The position numbers were made by a program, and so were the translations under genes. A stretch of 64,000 bases of DNA from Patescibacteria group bacterium. GTDB lineage: Bacteria; Patescibacteriota; Microgenomatia; UBA10105; UBA927. Positions 28,953 through 37,761 of this stretch are shown here, piece after piece. The stretch covers positions 617,517 through 681,516 of the forward strand of contig JBMOPU010000012.1 of NCBI GenBank assembly GCA_049322955.1, written 5' to 3'. The notes under the pieces are model-generated. The model did no database searches and was not told where the DNA came from. It was given only the letters and a program-made list of their open reading frames with translations. Each line of letters begins with the position of its first letter. Position 1 is the first letter of the stretch.

Positions 28953-29034
28953 TGCCGCTGAGAGGACTTGAACCTCTAAGCCTTACGGCACAGGTTCCTA
29001 AAACCTGCGTGTCTACCAGTTTCACCACAGCGGC
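28953..29034 (-). tRNA. tRNA-Leu(TAG)
   Basis: Class II cloverleaf; CAGGT-TTTAGGA-ACCTG. Confidence 0.95.
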
Positions 29035-29056
29035 GTATGCTCGATTATACCCTGCT

Positions 29057-29605
29057 TTAGATGGTGACTTCCAGATGTTCGACACCCACGGGATCAAAGT
29101 TTTCGATCTTCGTAAGGAAATAACGCACCTTTATACTCCACGTCGGTGACGCGGCATAGATGCTCCCCATTTTCTCAATGGTATCCGCTCCACGATCAAT
29201 ATACCGATACTTCAAACCCTCGGAAACCGTGGTAATCCCGTCTTTCCAGCTGTCAAAATGTATACCGTCATTTTGTCCGGTGAATACTCCCCAACCCCAT
29301 CCGTTATAGGAATTGCGCGGAATATGTTTGCCGAAGGTAGATTCTACCCCTGCAATGGCGGCGACAAGTTTCCAATCAAGCCCAAGTCTGTCTGCCTCCG
29401 CGATAAAATGCCCCGCATCATCCGCCATGGGTGAATTATGCAGAGTAAGGTATGCCTTCAGTTTGGTGACACGGGCATCGGCAACCGTTTCAGGTATGGG
29501 AAGATGCGCGGAAGCTTCCGCCATGGGAAGAGCCTGCGCAAAAGCGGGCTTTGTAATACACCCAAAAAGGACAAACGACAATGCTATAGTTATGGCTTTT
29601 TTCAT
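29057..29605 (-). CDS. Secreted lysozyme-like/glucosaminidase-family cell-wall hydrolase
   Basis: Signal peptide; LVAAIAGVESTFGK, YNGWGWG; GAGG SD before ATG 29605. Confidence 0.75.
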   Translation of the reverse strand: MKKAITIALSFVLFGCITKPAFAQALPMAEASAHLPIPETVADARVTKLKAYLTLHNSPMADDAGHFIAEADRLGLDWKLVAAIAGVESTFGKHIPRNSYNGWGWGVFTGQNDGIHFDSWKDGITTVSEGLKYRYIDRGADTIEKMGSIYAASPTWSIKVRYFLTKIENFDPVGVEHLEVTI

Positions 29606-29824
29606 AGTCTTACCTCGCATTGATCCCGATACATTCGGGACAAAGGTGAAGTAAGAGAACATCTTGCCTCATATGTGGGTGAGGCATCGGGGAAGACTGA
29701 GGAATGAGTCGTTAACGGGTACTCAAGCGGGCAGTTTATTTAGCCTCAATTTGAGGCGGCTTGAGTATCCATTAATAACCCTAAAGCAAGCTATGGTTTA
29801 GGTAGCAAACCTTAGGATCTAAGG
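29606..29824 (-). ncRNA. Long structured 5' UTR (candidate cis-regulatory RNA)
   Basis: At least 6 hairpins between a sigma70 promoter and the start codon; SD sequestered. Confidence 0.5.
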
Positions 29825-29828
29825 ATGT

Positions 29829-29857
29829 ACTATACCCTATAATAGTTATCTTGTCAA
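29829..29857 (-). promoter_or_regulatory. Sigma70-type promoter
   Basis: TTGACA-17 bp-TATAGT. Confidence 0.75.
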
Positions 29858-29978
29858 GTCTATGGGCTATTCAGACAAAATGATCTACCCTATTATATAG
29901 GCGCGTTAGTACTTTTTTGTATGTATTATGGGTTAATTATTTGGAGATAAAAAATAAGAAAAGACGAAGCGCGAATAC

Positions 29979-30575
29979 TTACTGAATTTCCGTCATGAAG
30001 TGATCGACGCAATTTGCCCAGGAGTTTCCGTTGGCAACGGAAGGGGGTGCGTATATAGCACCGATATCAACAAGTTCAGTGATGCCTCTGGCAAAATATT
30101 TTTCTTTGAGATATCTCGACACCCAATCAATCGCGTACAGCCAGTTGGGAAATTTTGCGCCGCTAATTTCTCCCGTCTCGACGCTTATTCCCCATGCATT
30201 ATGCGAGTCTTTGCTCGGCATGCGTTTGCCCACATTGCTCTCGCACATGGCGATAGCAGGGACAAGCCGGTAATCAATGCCGTAATGTTCAGCCCTATCG
30301 ACGATGTATTCGGCATACTCCGCAATCGGTGACTCATGTTCTTCTAAAAATTTCGTAAGCAGAAGTGCCCGGGCATCACCCGCAAGTACACTCGCACCCA
30401 ATACCTGTTCGGTACCGTAGGAAGATGCGGCAATGCGCATCGGGGGAACGATCGGCGTCACGACTTCCCCTGCATTTGCTTTATTGGTCAGGGTAATAAG
30501 CAGTGATAAATTGACGGCAAGAAGGCTCAAGGTGAGGGGAAACCACACCAGCGCAATCAGTGCTTTTTTAAGCAT
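29979..30575 (-). CDS. Lysozyme-like/glucosaminidase-family protein (paralog of 29057-29605)
   Basis: N-terminal TM, QVLGAS, LVPAIAMCESNVGK, HNAWG. Confidence 0.75.
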   Translation of the reverse strand: MLKKALIALVWFPLTLSLLAVNLSLLITLTNKANAGEVVTPIVPPMRIAASSYGTEQVLGASVLAGDARALLLTKFLEEHESPIAEYAEYIVDRAEHYGIDYRLVPAIAMCESNVGKRMPSKDSHNAWGISVETGEISGAKFPNWLYAIDWVSRYLKEKYFARGITELVDIGAIYAPPSVANGNSWANCVDHFMTEIQ

Positions 30576-30632
30576 ATAAACATACTGACATGACCCGATA
30601 GTTCTGTCAACTTGACATGCGGGATTAGCGCG

Positions 30633-31367
30633 TTAAATACGGAAGAATGTTCCCACAACGTATGCTACAAGAGCCGATATTCCGCCGACGAGAAGCGTTT
30701 CGCTGATTGTCTGGAAAGGTTTTCGCTGGGTAACGCCCGCACGGAGTGCGCCGAGGAGTAGCAATGCTGAGGCGGTTGCGATAACGGAATAAAGAAAAAC
30801 ATTCGATCCCATATGTATCATGTATGGCACAAGCGGTATAGTACCGAAGCAGATAAAGGCCAAAAACGTCGCAACGGCCACGACGATCGGCTTTTCACCT
30901 TCCGGATTCGTCATTTCGAGCTCGTCCTTCATCATAAACTCCGTCCAATAGGAAGGATTCGTGCGATAAATACTCGCCAGCGTTGTGGCGTCCTTTTCAC
31001 TAAATCCCTTGTTATGAAGAATCGTAATCGTTTCGGCAAACTCTCCCTCGGGTTCATGGAGGATTTCATGATGTTCTTTGGCTTTTTCGTTGCGATAGAC
31101 TTCCTGATCTGCTCGAAGCGAGAGGAAACTACCCAATCCCATGGATAAGCCGTCGGCAAACAAATTGGCTAATCCGAATAATAAAACGGTTATCACGGGA
31201 ACAGAGGAGGTGACAGGATCCTGTTGTGCACCGGCAAATCCGGCGACGACGGCAAATGTGGTGACGATCCCGTCATTGCCGCCATAGACGATCTCCCGAA
31301 GGTATTGGGAAAACGCCGTGCGTTTGTGTTCCGTCGCAAGGTGTTTCGCCAAATCAAATTTTTTCAT
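30633..31367 (-). CDS. VIT1/CCC1 family iron/manganese transporter
   Basis: EIVYGGNDGIVTTFAVVAG, ANLFADGLSMGLG. Confidence 0.92.
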   Translation of the reverse strand: MKKFDLAKHLATEHKRTAFSQYLREIVYGGNDGIVTTFAVVAGFAGAQQDPVTSSVPVITVLLFGLANLFADGLSMGLGSFLSLRADQEVYRNEKAKEHHEILHEPEGEFAETITILHNKGFSEKDATTLASIYRTNPSYWTEFMMKDELEMTNPEGEKPIVVAVATFLAFICFGTIPLVPYMIHMGSNVFLYSVIATASALLLLGALRAGVTQRKPFQTISETLLVGGISALVAYVVGTFFRI

Positions 31368-31371
31368 CGTG

Positions 31372-31443
31372 TGAGCGCAGAAGGATTCGAACCTTCAACC
31401 GACAACTTAAGAGGTTGCTGCTCTACCGTTGAGCTATGCGCCC
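31372..31443 (-). tRNA. tRNA-Lys(CTT)
   Basis: Cloverleaf; GCAAC-CTCTTAA-GTTGT. Confidence 0.95.
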
Positions 31444-31449
31444 TATTCA

Positions 31450-31533
31450 TGGGGCAAAACCGAGGTTTTTCCCCAACGCTTTTCCTTCAAGGTGTTGCAA
31501 CGGGTTCAGATCGAGAGCCACACCGTTGCAACA
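31450..31533 (-). repeat. tRNA-leader element, copy B (mismatch hairpin plus TGTTGCAA hairpin)
   Basis: TGGGG-C-AAAACC-GA-GGTTTT-T-CCCCA-ACGCTTTTCCTT; TGTTGCAACGG/CCGTTGCAACA. Confidence 0.8.
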
Positions 31534-31584
31534 AATTATACGCCAATTCCTTCGTTGTAATCTCCACTTTCTTATTCACTGCGG

Positions 31585-31656
31585 CGCCCTTGGAGGGAAT
31601 CGAACCCCCATCACCTGTTCCGAAGACAGGCACTTTATCCATTAAGCTACAAGGGC
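31585..31656 (-). tRNA. tRNA-Arg(TCG)
   Basis: Cloverleaf; CCTGT-CTTCGGA-ACAGG. Confidence 0.93.
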
Positions 31657-31659
31657 AAC

Positions 31660-31738
31660 TGGGGTGGCTGAGCGGATTCGAACCGCCGACATTCTGCTCC
31701 ACAGGCAGACGCTCTAACCGGGCTGAGCTACAGCCACC
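31660..31738 (-). tRNA. tRNA-His(GTG)
   Basis: Cloverleaf with G-1/C73 and encoded CCA; TCTGC-CTGTGGA-GCAGA. Confidence 0.95.
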
Positions 31739-31800
31739 AATGACAATATTGTACCTTATTCAGGCGTGATTTGCATGGAGATATACGTGCGCGAAAGGAG

Positions 31801-33510
31801 TTACGGACCGACGAATAGCGAGAGAATAAAGTTCGGTTGTAACTTTATGACGGCAACTGCATCTCTGAAGGTAAGCGCACCGTCCCGATCAAAATCGAGC
31901 GGCAAGGCCTTTGGCATACGAACGTTTGTTCCTTTTGCCGCAATCTCCGTAATACGCTGGGTGGGCAAATAATACGGAACTAAAACGACGACACGATACT
32001 TATTCCCCGGTACGACGTTTCGTAATTCGCCCACTTCGGCTTTACCGTTTTTGAAGGTCACTCCCTGGATTTTATGAATCAATGAAAGATGCTCATACAC
32101 CAGCACGGTTGCGTTTGTAGTATCACTTTGCGTGCGCCACCCCAATTCCGCGTTCACGGTAATAGAAGGCGGCGGAACGACGGCAATGCTACCTGATTCG
32201 ATAGGAATTATCGTGTCATGGTGTCGTATGTTCAGCGCATACGCATAGGTTCCTGGCTGGTTCGGTGTTTCGAGATGGAGTGAAAGCGTACCGAATTGCA
32301 ATGGTTCCATGACGGGAAGCGGGTCATGTACCATGAGAAAAGGAGGATCGATGACCAGCTCCACCGTATATTCCTTATCCTGTTGGGTGAGTATCCCTTG
32401 CCCCTCATTCTTCAAAAGCCCCGTCAGTACGTAAGTGGAACCCGCCACTAACGATTCGGGGAGGATTCGTTTATCAAGGGTATATTTTTCCCGTTGCCTT
32501 GGTCTGCCTTGCGGCTTAGGCAATTTTTGATAGGCATAATAGTGACTGTAATACTCGCCGCTCCCGAGTTTTTTCCAGGAAAAGTGATCAAAGGGAAGGC
32601 CCTGATAACTGAATACAAACGGGGTGACCGCGACGATATTCGGATCATTCCATACGGTGGTAGCCGCAATGGCGAGGTTTGCCCCAACCTGATCTGTGGT
32701 AAGGAGTGCCGAATTGGGCGTCATTCCTTCACGATGTACCCAACCGGTTTCGGTAATAAATACCGGCAGTTTCTTTTGCACGCCCAATTCTGTAAGACGC
32801 ATAAGTTCCCACTGATATGAACGAAGTGTTCCGCGACCTATCGCGTACGGTGACCCGGAAAACGCCGGATTGGGGTACGAGTGTGACGTCCAACCGTCCA
32901 GGTGATCAGCAAGTTTCGGTTCGGCGGCAAACATACGCGCCAAATAGACCGAAGCGTCCATGGATCTGCCGTCGGATGCCGCGGAAACATCCAGCCCCGC
33001 CGGAAGCACAAAAAAATCCTCGCTTACTTCATGCAATTTTCTCGCGTGGGAAACCAGGGTTCTGGCATAGTCTTCGGGGTCGAGTGTTCTCCCCCACTCG
33101 TTGGCATGATTCGGTTCGTTAAACAACACGACGTATCGATTTTCCGTCGGCCAATTTAAACTATTGAGAAAGCGCGCCCAATCGCTCGCTGAATCCTTAT
33201 ACGGCTTTGCCCAGGAATCTCCCTGGATGTGCGTGGCAATACGCACGATCGGTATGAGGTGGAGCGAACGCATATCATTCATTACCCTCTGCCACTTCCC
33301 GAGATCACGATCGTCTTCCTGCATAACCAGCGTGACATATCCCCAATCGCCGCCGTTACTGTTTATGAGATCCTTGGTACTGCCGAGATCATTGGGATCC
33401 ACGATATGAATACCGAATTTATTATTCGGTACGGAGAGCGGATCATATTTCGCGGCGACCGTTTGCGGTAACAACAGGACGGCGATAAGGAGAAGAAAAA
33501 AAACTTTCAT
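31801..33510 (-). CDS. Secreted glycoside hydrolase (clan A TIM-barrel-like) with C-terminal Ig-like domains
   Basis: Signal peptide; FNEPN acid/base motif, SHSYP, PVFITETGW nucleophile. Confidence 0.8.
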   Translation of the reverse strand: MKVFFLLLIAVLLLPQTVAAKYDPLSVPNNKFGIHIVDPNDLGSTKDLINSNGGDWGYVTLVMQEDDRDLGKWQRVMNDMRSLHLIPIVRIATHIQGDSWAKPYKDSASDWARFLNSLNWPTENRYVVLFNEPNHANEWGRTLDPEDYARTLVSHARKLHEVSEDFFVLPAGLDVSAASDGRSMDASVYLARMFAAEPKLADHLDGWTSHSYPNPAFSGSPYAIGRGTLRSYQWELMRLTELGVQKKLPVFITETGWVHREGMTPNSALLTTDQVGANLAIAATTVWNDPNIVAVTPFVFSYQGLPFDHFSWKKLGSGEYYSHYYAYQKLPKPQGRPRQREKYTLDKRILPESLVAGSTYVLTGLLKNEGQGILTQQDKEYTVELVIDPPFLMVHDPLPVMEPLQFGTLSLHLETPNQPGTYAYALNIRHHDTIIPIESGSIAVVPPPSITVNAELGWRTQSDTTNATVLVYEHLSLIHKIQGVTFKNGKAEVGELRNVVPGNKYRVVVLVPYYLPTQRITEIAAKGTNVRMPKALPLDFDRDGALTFRDAVAVIKLQPNFILSLFVGP

Positions 33511-33511
33511 G

Positions 33512-33583
33512 TACCCCCAGAAGGAATCGAACCTTCATCGGATCATTAGAAGTGATCTGCTCTATCCATTGAGCTATGGGGGC
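33512..33583 (-). tRNA. tRNA-Arg(TCT)
   Basis: Cloverleaf; GATCA-CTTCTAA-TGATC. Confidence 0.95.
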
Positions 33584-33587
33584 GTTC

Positions 33588-33669
33588 TGGGGCAAAACCT
33601 AGCGGTTTTTCCCCAACGATTTTCCCTATTGTGTTGCAAGCTATTCACTCGCATACGCACGCTTGCAAC
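33588..33669 (-). repeat. tRNA-leader element, copy C
   Basis: TGGGG-C-AAAACC-TAGC-GGTTTT-T-CCCCA-ACGATTTTCCCT; GTTGCAAGC/GCTTGCAAC. Confidence 0.8.
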
Positions 33670-33771
33670 GGATTTTGCCCATTTGATAACGGTTACTTGG
33701 CTTATCCAACGGGCTTTCCGGCAAGTATACGTATTATAAAGGTTTTTGCTACAGGTGAGAAGCGAATGGAA

Positions 33772-35478
33772 TTAATGAAGTTCGGCGCGGCGCTCTTTGA
33801 TGTATTGGCTCCAGTTTTCGATAAAATCAAAAACGACAACCATCGGTGTTTCGACGAGGAACGTGAACACGATCGCAATAATGTTGTACTCTTTCCATTT
33901 GGCGGCAAGGATGCTTCCGATACGCGCGATCGGTACGGAAAGCATATCCAGCAAAAACTCCCACACCGGGGTTTTGTCATCCACGGAAAGTTCTTTTGAT
34001 TTATTGCGTATGCCTACAGCCGCAAAGAAGGTCAACGCAATGGTAAAGGTATCAAAGATAACGGAGGTGATGGGGAGCTTTGCAATGTAGAATAGATAGC
34101 CGACTCCGCCCAACACGCCGAACATCATAATAAGGTACAAAATGCCCACAACCAGCATAAACATCGAATTTCTCCGCCGTTTGATATACACATCATAGAG
34201 TTTCTTTTTTTCATCGTCATAGACGAATTGATATACCGTTGAAAGCACTTGTTTGATGTTTTCGTCTGGCGGCGGACGGATTATCGAGACCAGGGCGAAC
34301 ATGACCGCAGTCGGGACAACAAAGTCGACAATCGCCGCAAACAGATTAAATCCTTCATAAAAAATCTTTGCGAGCGGAATTTCCACGATGTAAAACGTCA
34401 CCCAGTTAGACAAGAATACCGAAAGCGTTGAAAATATCGCCAGTCTGAACAACCTGCTCTTTAAGGAAAGATATCGTTTGTTGTATGACTCGGTGAGCGC
34501 CTCGGTAAGTTTTGCCTTATCGGTGAAAATGGCGTGGACCTTATGCGGCATTTCCTTATGTTGGTCGAGGATGTCTCCCAGAAGCATATATACCGTATCG
34601 ATACGTTCGCATATGGCATACAGCTGGCGACTGATCGGGTGTTCCAATACCTTATCGCTTTGGGCCCATATGCTCGGGATTTCCGCGGAAAGTTTATCCA
34701 GCAATTCTCCCGAAGGGTTATGCCAATCGGCATAGGTAAATTTCAAAAGCTGGGCAACGATAAAACTGTCGTCGAGGTCGAATAACGTGCGACTTGCGGC
34801 GATGAATACGTGTGTTTTTTTCTCATCCGGCGTCATACTGCCTTCGGGCTGAATGCGAATTCTGTCTGTCAGCGTTTGGGTCATCGTTTCCAAAAGCACG
34901 CGTTCTTTGACGGGGTTGGTAAGGATTTCCTCGATATCGACAGCCGCCAGTTCGATAATGAAGTACGTGAAATTTATCTGGCGTTTGAGAGGTATGAGTT
35001 CGGAAGTGGGGAACTTTGCGTGTTTGAGAATATAGAGATACTTCTTCAAAACTGTCTCAACGATATTCACCTGTTCTTCCGGGATTTCATCGTTAGGCAG
35101 ATGCCCGCCGCGGATAAGGTCTGCGGTTACGGAATACGCGACCCGGTAGGTATCGATATCCTGCTTTAGGGTAACGCCGGTAAGTTTTGGAAATAAAATA
35201 CGCTTTAACGCCCGTTCGATTGCACTTCGACGCAACACGTTATCTTCCTTCCAATCAATGACTTTTCGTACCTGTTCATAAAACTTTGCAATATGCGAGG
35301 CGATTTCATCCACGTGGATCGGCGTCACCGGTTTTTTGGCCGATTGGATACCCGCAATATAGGAATCAAGCATGTGTGCTATCTCGGGAGAAAGAGGGTG
35401 TGTATCGCCACTTTCATCGGACGGCGGGGGTTCATGATGCGTCTGCGCGTGATCGTGTGTGTCAGTGGTATGTTCCAT
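33772..35478 (-). CDS. Conserved hypothetical membrane protein (soluble N-domain, about 5 C-terminal TMs)
   Basis: Long ORF with FYEQVRKVIDWKE..LRRSAIERALKR; hydrophobic C-terminal half. Confidence 0.75.
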   Translation of the reverse strand: MEHTTDTHDHAQTHHEPPPSDESGDTHPLSPEIAHMLDSYIAGIQSAKKPVTPIHVDEIASHIAKFYEQVRKVIDWKEDNVLRRSAIERALKRILFPKLTGVTLKQDIDTYRVAYSVTADLIRGGHLPNDEIPEEQVNIVETVLKKYLYILKHAKFPTSELIPLKRQINFTYFIIELAAVDIEEILTNPVKERVLLETMTQTLTDRIRIQPEGSMTPDEKKTHVFIAASRTLFDLDDSFIVAQLLKFTYADWHNPSGELLDKLSAEIPSIWAQSDKVLEHPISRQLYAICERIDTVYMLLGDILDQHKEMPHKVHAIFTDKAKLTEALTESYNKRYLSLKSRLFRLAIFSTLSVFLSNWVTFYIVEIPLAKIFYEGFNLFAAIVDFVVPTAVMFALVSIIRPPPDENIKQVLSTVYQFVYDDEKKKLYDVYIKRRRNSMFMLVVGILYLIMMFGVLGGVGYLFYIAKLPITSVIFDTFTIALTFFAAVGIRNKSKELSVDDKTPVWEFLLDMLSVPIARIGSILAAKWKEYNIIAIVFTFLVETPMVVVFDFIENWSQYIKERRAELH

Positions 35479-35513
35479 ACAAATTGCCGAAAACGTTTCG
35501 GCACTCAATAATT

Positions 35514-35587
35514 TGGAGCGGATGAAGGGAATCGAACCCTCGTCACCAGTTTGGAAAACTGGCGCTCTACCATTGAGCTACACCCGC
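35514..35587 (-). tRNA. tRNA-Gly(TCC)
   Basis: Cloverleaf with encoded CCA; CCAGT-TTTCCAA-ACTGG. Confidence 0.96.
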
Positions 35588-35592
35588 TTCTT

Positions 35593-35617
35593 GGACGGGA
35601 AACGACGTTTCCCTTCC
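35593..35617 (-). repeat. tRNA-leader mismatch hairpin, divergent copy D
   Basis: GGA-C-GGGAAAC-GAC-GTTTCCC-T-TCC, same internal C/T mismatch with a compensated stem. Confidence 0.55.
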
Positions 35618-35696
35618 GACTATTGTACCCGGTTATCCTGCTGGCGATATATCATATCGCCGGATAATCTCACGTCATATTATATCGTGTTTTGCG

Positions 35697-36137
35697 TTAT
35701 CGGTCGAGAAAGCGCACCGTGTCCCCTACCGCAATACCGTGTTTTTCAACAAACCCCGCATTGACCTCAAGTACTTTATCAACGGGTACACGAGGCTTGA
35801 CGATTGCGGGTGCGCCGTTTGGTTGGGGCGGAGGGACACGGGTCGTGATATCAACAATCGTTGTCCCGTCAATCCATATAAAATCCAACGGAAACTGCAT
35901 GCCGCGCATCCAAAAATTATATTGTTCCTTATGATCGTACACAAATACCATGCCGTGCAACGGATCAAGCGAGGTTCTGCCTCCCAACCCTTTTTGCTTT
36001 TGCGCTTCCGTCGCCGCAACTTGTGTGGTGATGACAACATCACGGATACGAATTTTTGAAACAAGCGGATTCGTGCGGTAGTACAAAATAAGTGCGAGAA
36101 TGAGTACTACGCCGATGGGAATAAGAAAGCGTTTCAT
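35697..36137 (-). CDS. DUF192 family protein
   Basis: KGLGGR..GMVFVY..FWMRGMQFPLDFIWI..VLEVNAG. Confidence 0.9.
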   Translation of the reverse strand: MKRFLIPIGVVLILALILYYRTNPLVSKIRIRDVVITTQVAATEAQKQKGLGGRTSLDPLHGMVFVYDHKEQYNFWMRGMQFPLDFIWIDGTTIVDITTRVPPPQPNGAPAIVKPRVPVDKVLEVNAGFVEKHGIAVGDTVRFLDR

Positions 36138-36141
36138 AACG

Positions 36142-37050
36142 TTATTTTTTCCTTGTCATACAGAAGCGGACGAGCGATGCGAGTTCCTCTTTGTTCACTT
36201 GTTGTATGGGAAGGACAGCGATTTCCTCATCGCAATGTTCAAACAACGATACCTTCAGGTCATTCATTTCTTCGCTATCGAGAAATTTCGCGAGCGTTTG
36301 CTTGTCGTTTCGTTCATCACTTCCCACAGGTTTCCCTGTGACGGCGGTATCACCTTCGATGCTTAGCTCGTCGTCGCGGATCTGATAGAGCAATCCCATC
36401 GATTCGCCGAGCCGGTCGAATATATCGATGGTATCCTGCGAGCAACCCGCTATCGTGGCGCCGACCGCCATGGATAAGGAAAACGTATATCGGGCGGTTT
36501 TATATCGGTATAACGAAATCACATCATCTTTTGACAAAGCTTTTTTGGAACATCGATGCACATCCTGCATTTGAGCAATGATGACGGGAGGCAGTTCTTT
36601 GCTCACAAGATCGGTAATAGTACTCTTGCCCGCGAGTTCCTGCCCCATAAAAAGACACAGATCACCCGTGTTAATTGCCTGGCTTATGCCCACATGAGGA
36701 TCCTGAGATACGACGCGGTACTGTTCCCATAGACTCGGATTTCCCCGGCGAAGCGTGTCTTTATCCATAATATCATCGTGAATCAGGAATCCAGAATGAA
36801 AAAATTCGAGTGCCGCGGCGGCGTCGAGTATTTTCTGCGACGGTTTCTTCTTGAAGAGCGTGTAAATATAGACGGCCAAACTTCCGCGGGTAGTTTTACC
36901 CGATGTCGTAAATGTGATCAGACGATCGATCGTGTCATCTCCCCAACCGTTTATCGGAGACAGAACCGTCCGTTTTATTTGAAGGTACGCGACTATTGTC
37001 GCATCCACCTCGTGTTTATATCTCAGAATATTCGCCAATCCTCGTTCCAT
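36142..37050 (-). CDS. Polyprenyl synthetase family protein
   Basis: LIHDDIMDKDTLRRG, YKTARY, QIRDDEL, GKPVGSD. Confidence 0.92.
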   Translation of the reverse strand: MERGLANILRYKHEVDATIVAYLQIKRTVLSPINGWGDDTIDRLITFTTSGKTTRGSLAVYIYTLFKKKPSQKILDAAAALEFFHSGFLIHDDIMDKDTLRRGNPSLWEQYRVVSQDPHVGISQAINTGDLCLFMGQELAGKSTITDLVSKELPPVIIAQMQDVHRCSKKALSKDDVISLYRYKTARYTFSLSMAVGATIAGCSQDTIDIFDRLGESMGLLYQIRDDELSIEGDTAVTGKPVGSDERNDKQTLAKFLDSEEMNDLKVSLFEHCDEEIAVLPIQQVNKEELASLVRFCMTRKK

Positions 37051-37091
37051 GGGATTATTGTAGCGGATTTTGATAAAATAGGAATAGTTAT

Positions 37092-37167
37092 CGGGGTGTG
37101 GCTCAATTGGTAGAGTGCGCGCTTTGGGAGCGTGAGGTTCCGAGTTCGAGTCTCGGCACCCCGACCA
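37092..37167 (+). tRNA. tRNA-Pro(TGG)
   Basis: Cloverleaf with encoded CCA; CGCGC-TTTGGGA-GCGTG. Confidence 0.96.
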
Positions 37168-37176
37168 ATGGACGAT

Positions 37177-37290
37177 TCGGGGTGCGGTATCTCGTTCCGA
37201 GTTCTCCGTGGGTACACGGGATCGTTGGCAGTAAGACTCAGCGCGATGCGCGCTTCGTTAACTGCCTCCGTCGAGTCTAGGCACCCCGAC
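37177..37290 (+). pseudogene. Degenerate tRNA-Pro-derived element with hairpins inserted in the T-loop
   Basis: TCGGGGTGC/GCACCCCGA closing stem; GTTCCGAGTTC and a 19/20-nt copy of the tRNA 3' end. Confidence 0.65.
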
Positions 37291-37302
37291 TGAGTGTCAC
37301 GT

Positions 37303-37755
37303 ATGCCTGAAGTCACGGATGAATTTCGGCAAAATAAATCACTGCTCGACGTAAAGCGAGCGCTTCGTGCGGAAGGATTGCATGTTCCTGAGGTTACCCA
37401 TGAGCAATTCTTTGAAGGTCTTCGGAAGTTATTTCCGAGAACTCCCGATATTCCCCGATTACAGAGTGAAATCATGGGAAGAGTTACGCTTCATGATCCT
37501 CACTTCCTCGAAGAACACCCGCTATTCGGCGAACCGTTCACGCAGAAGAGAATTCGCGCACTCTATGGCGGAAGAAAAGATCTCGTTGCGCGTGAAGGAT
37601 CGGTGAAAAAGTTAGTACAAAGAATTGAACGAACGTTTCAAGTGCGGCTGAAACATATCTCGTATCACATGATCGATTCGCCAAGACCCAAAGAATTACA
37701 CTACGCGATTCAACAGGCTGAAGAGATATTGGAGGGAAAGTGGGAGTTTGGCTGA
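37303..37755 (+). CDS. Hypothetical protein
   Basis: ATG ORF of 150 aa downstream of tRNA-Pro. Confidence 0.55.
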   Translation: MPEVTDEFRQNKSLLDVKRALRAEGLHVPEVTHEQFFEGLRKLFPRTPDIPRLQSEIMGRVTLHDPHFLEEHPLFGEPFTQKRIRALYGGRKDLVAREGSVKKLVQRIERTFQVRLKHISYHMIDSPRPKELHYAIQQAEEILEGKWEFG

Positions 37756-37761
37756 CGCCGA

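Noticed and set aside
28953-29034. tRNA-Leu(TAG) sharing 35 identical nt with tRNA-Leu(GAG) as the second att site
   Set aside because: It is a complete tRNA in inverted orientation on the host side; the similarity reflects paralogy, though it could be a secondary target.
29606-29824. c-di-AMP (ydaO) or c-di-GMP riboswitch
   Set aside because: Consensus motifs were not recognisable by eye; kept only as an unknown structured leader.
37177-37290. tmRNA or intron-containing functional tRNA
   Set aside because: Too short for tmRNA, with no tag ORF; D and anticodon arms and CCA are absent.
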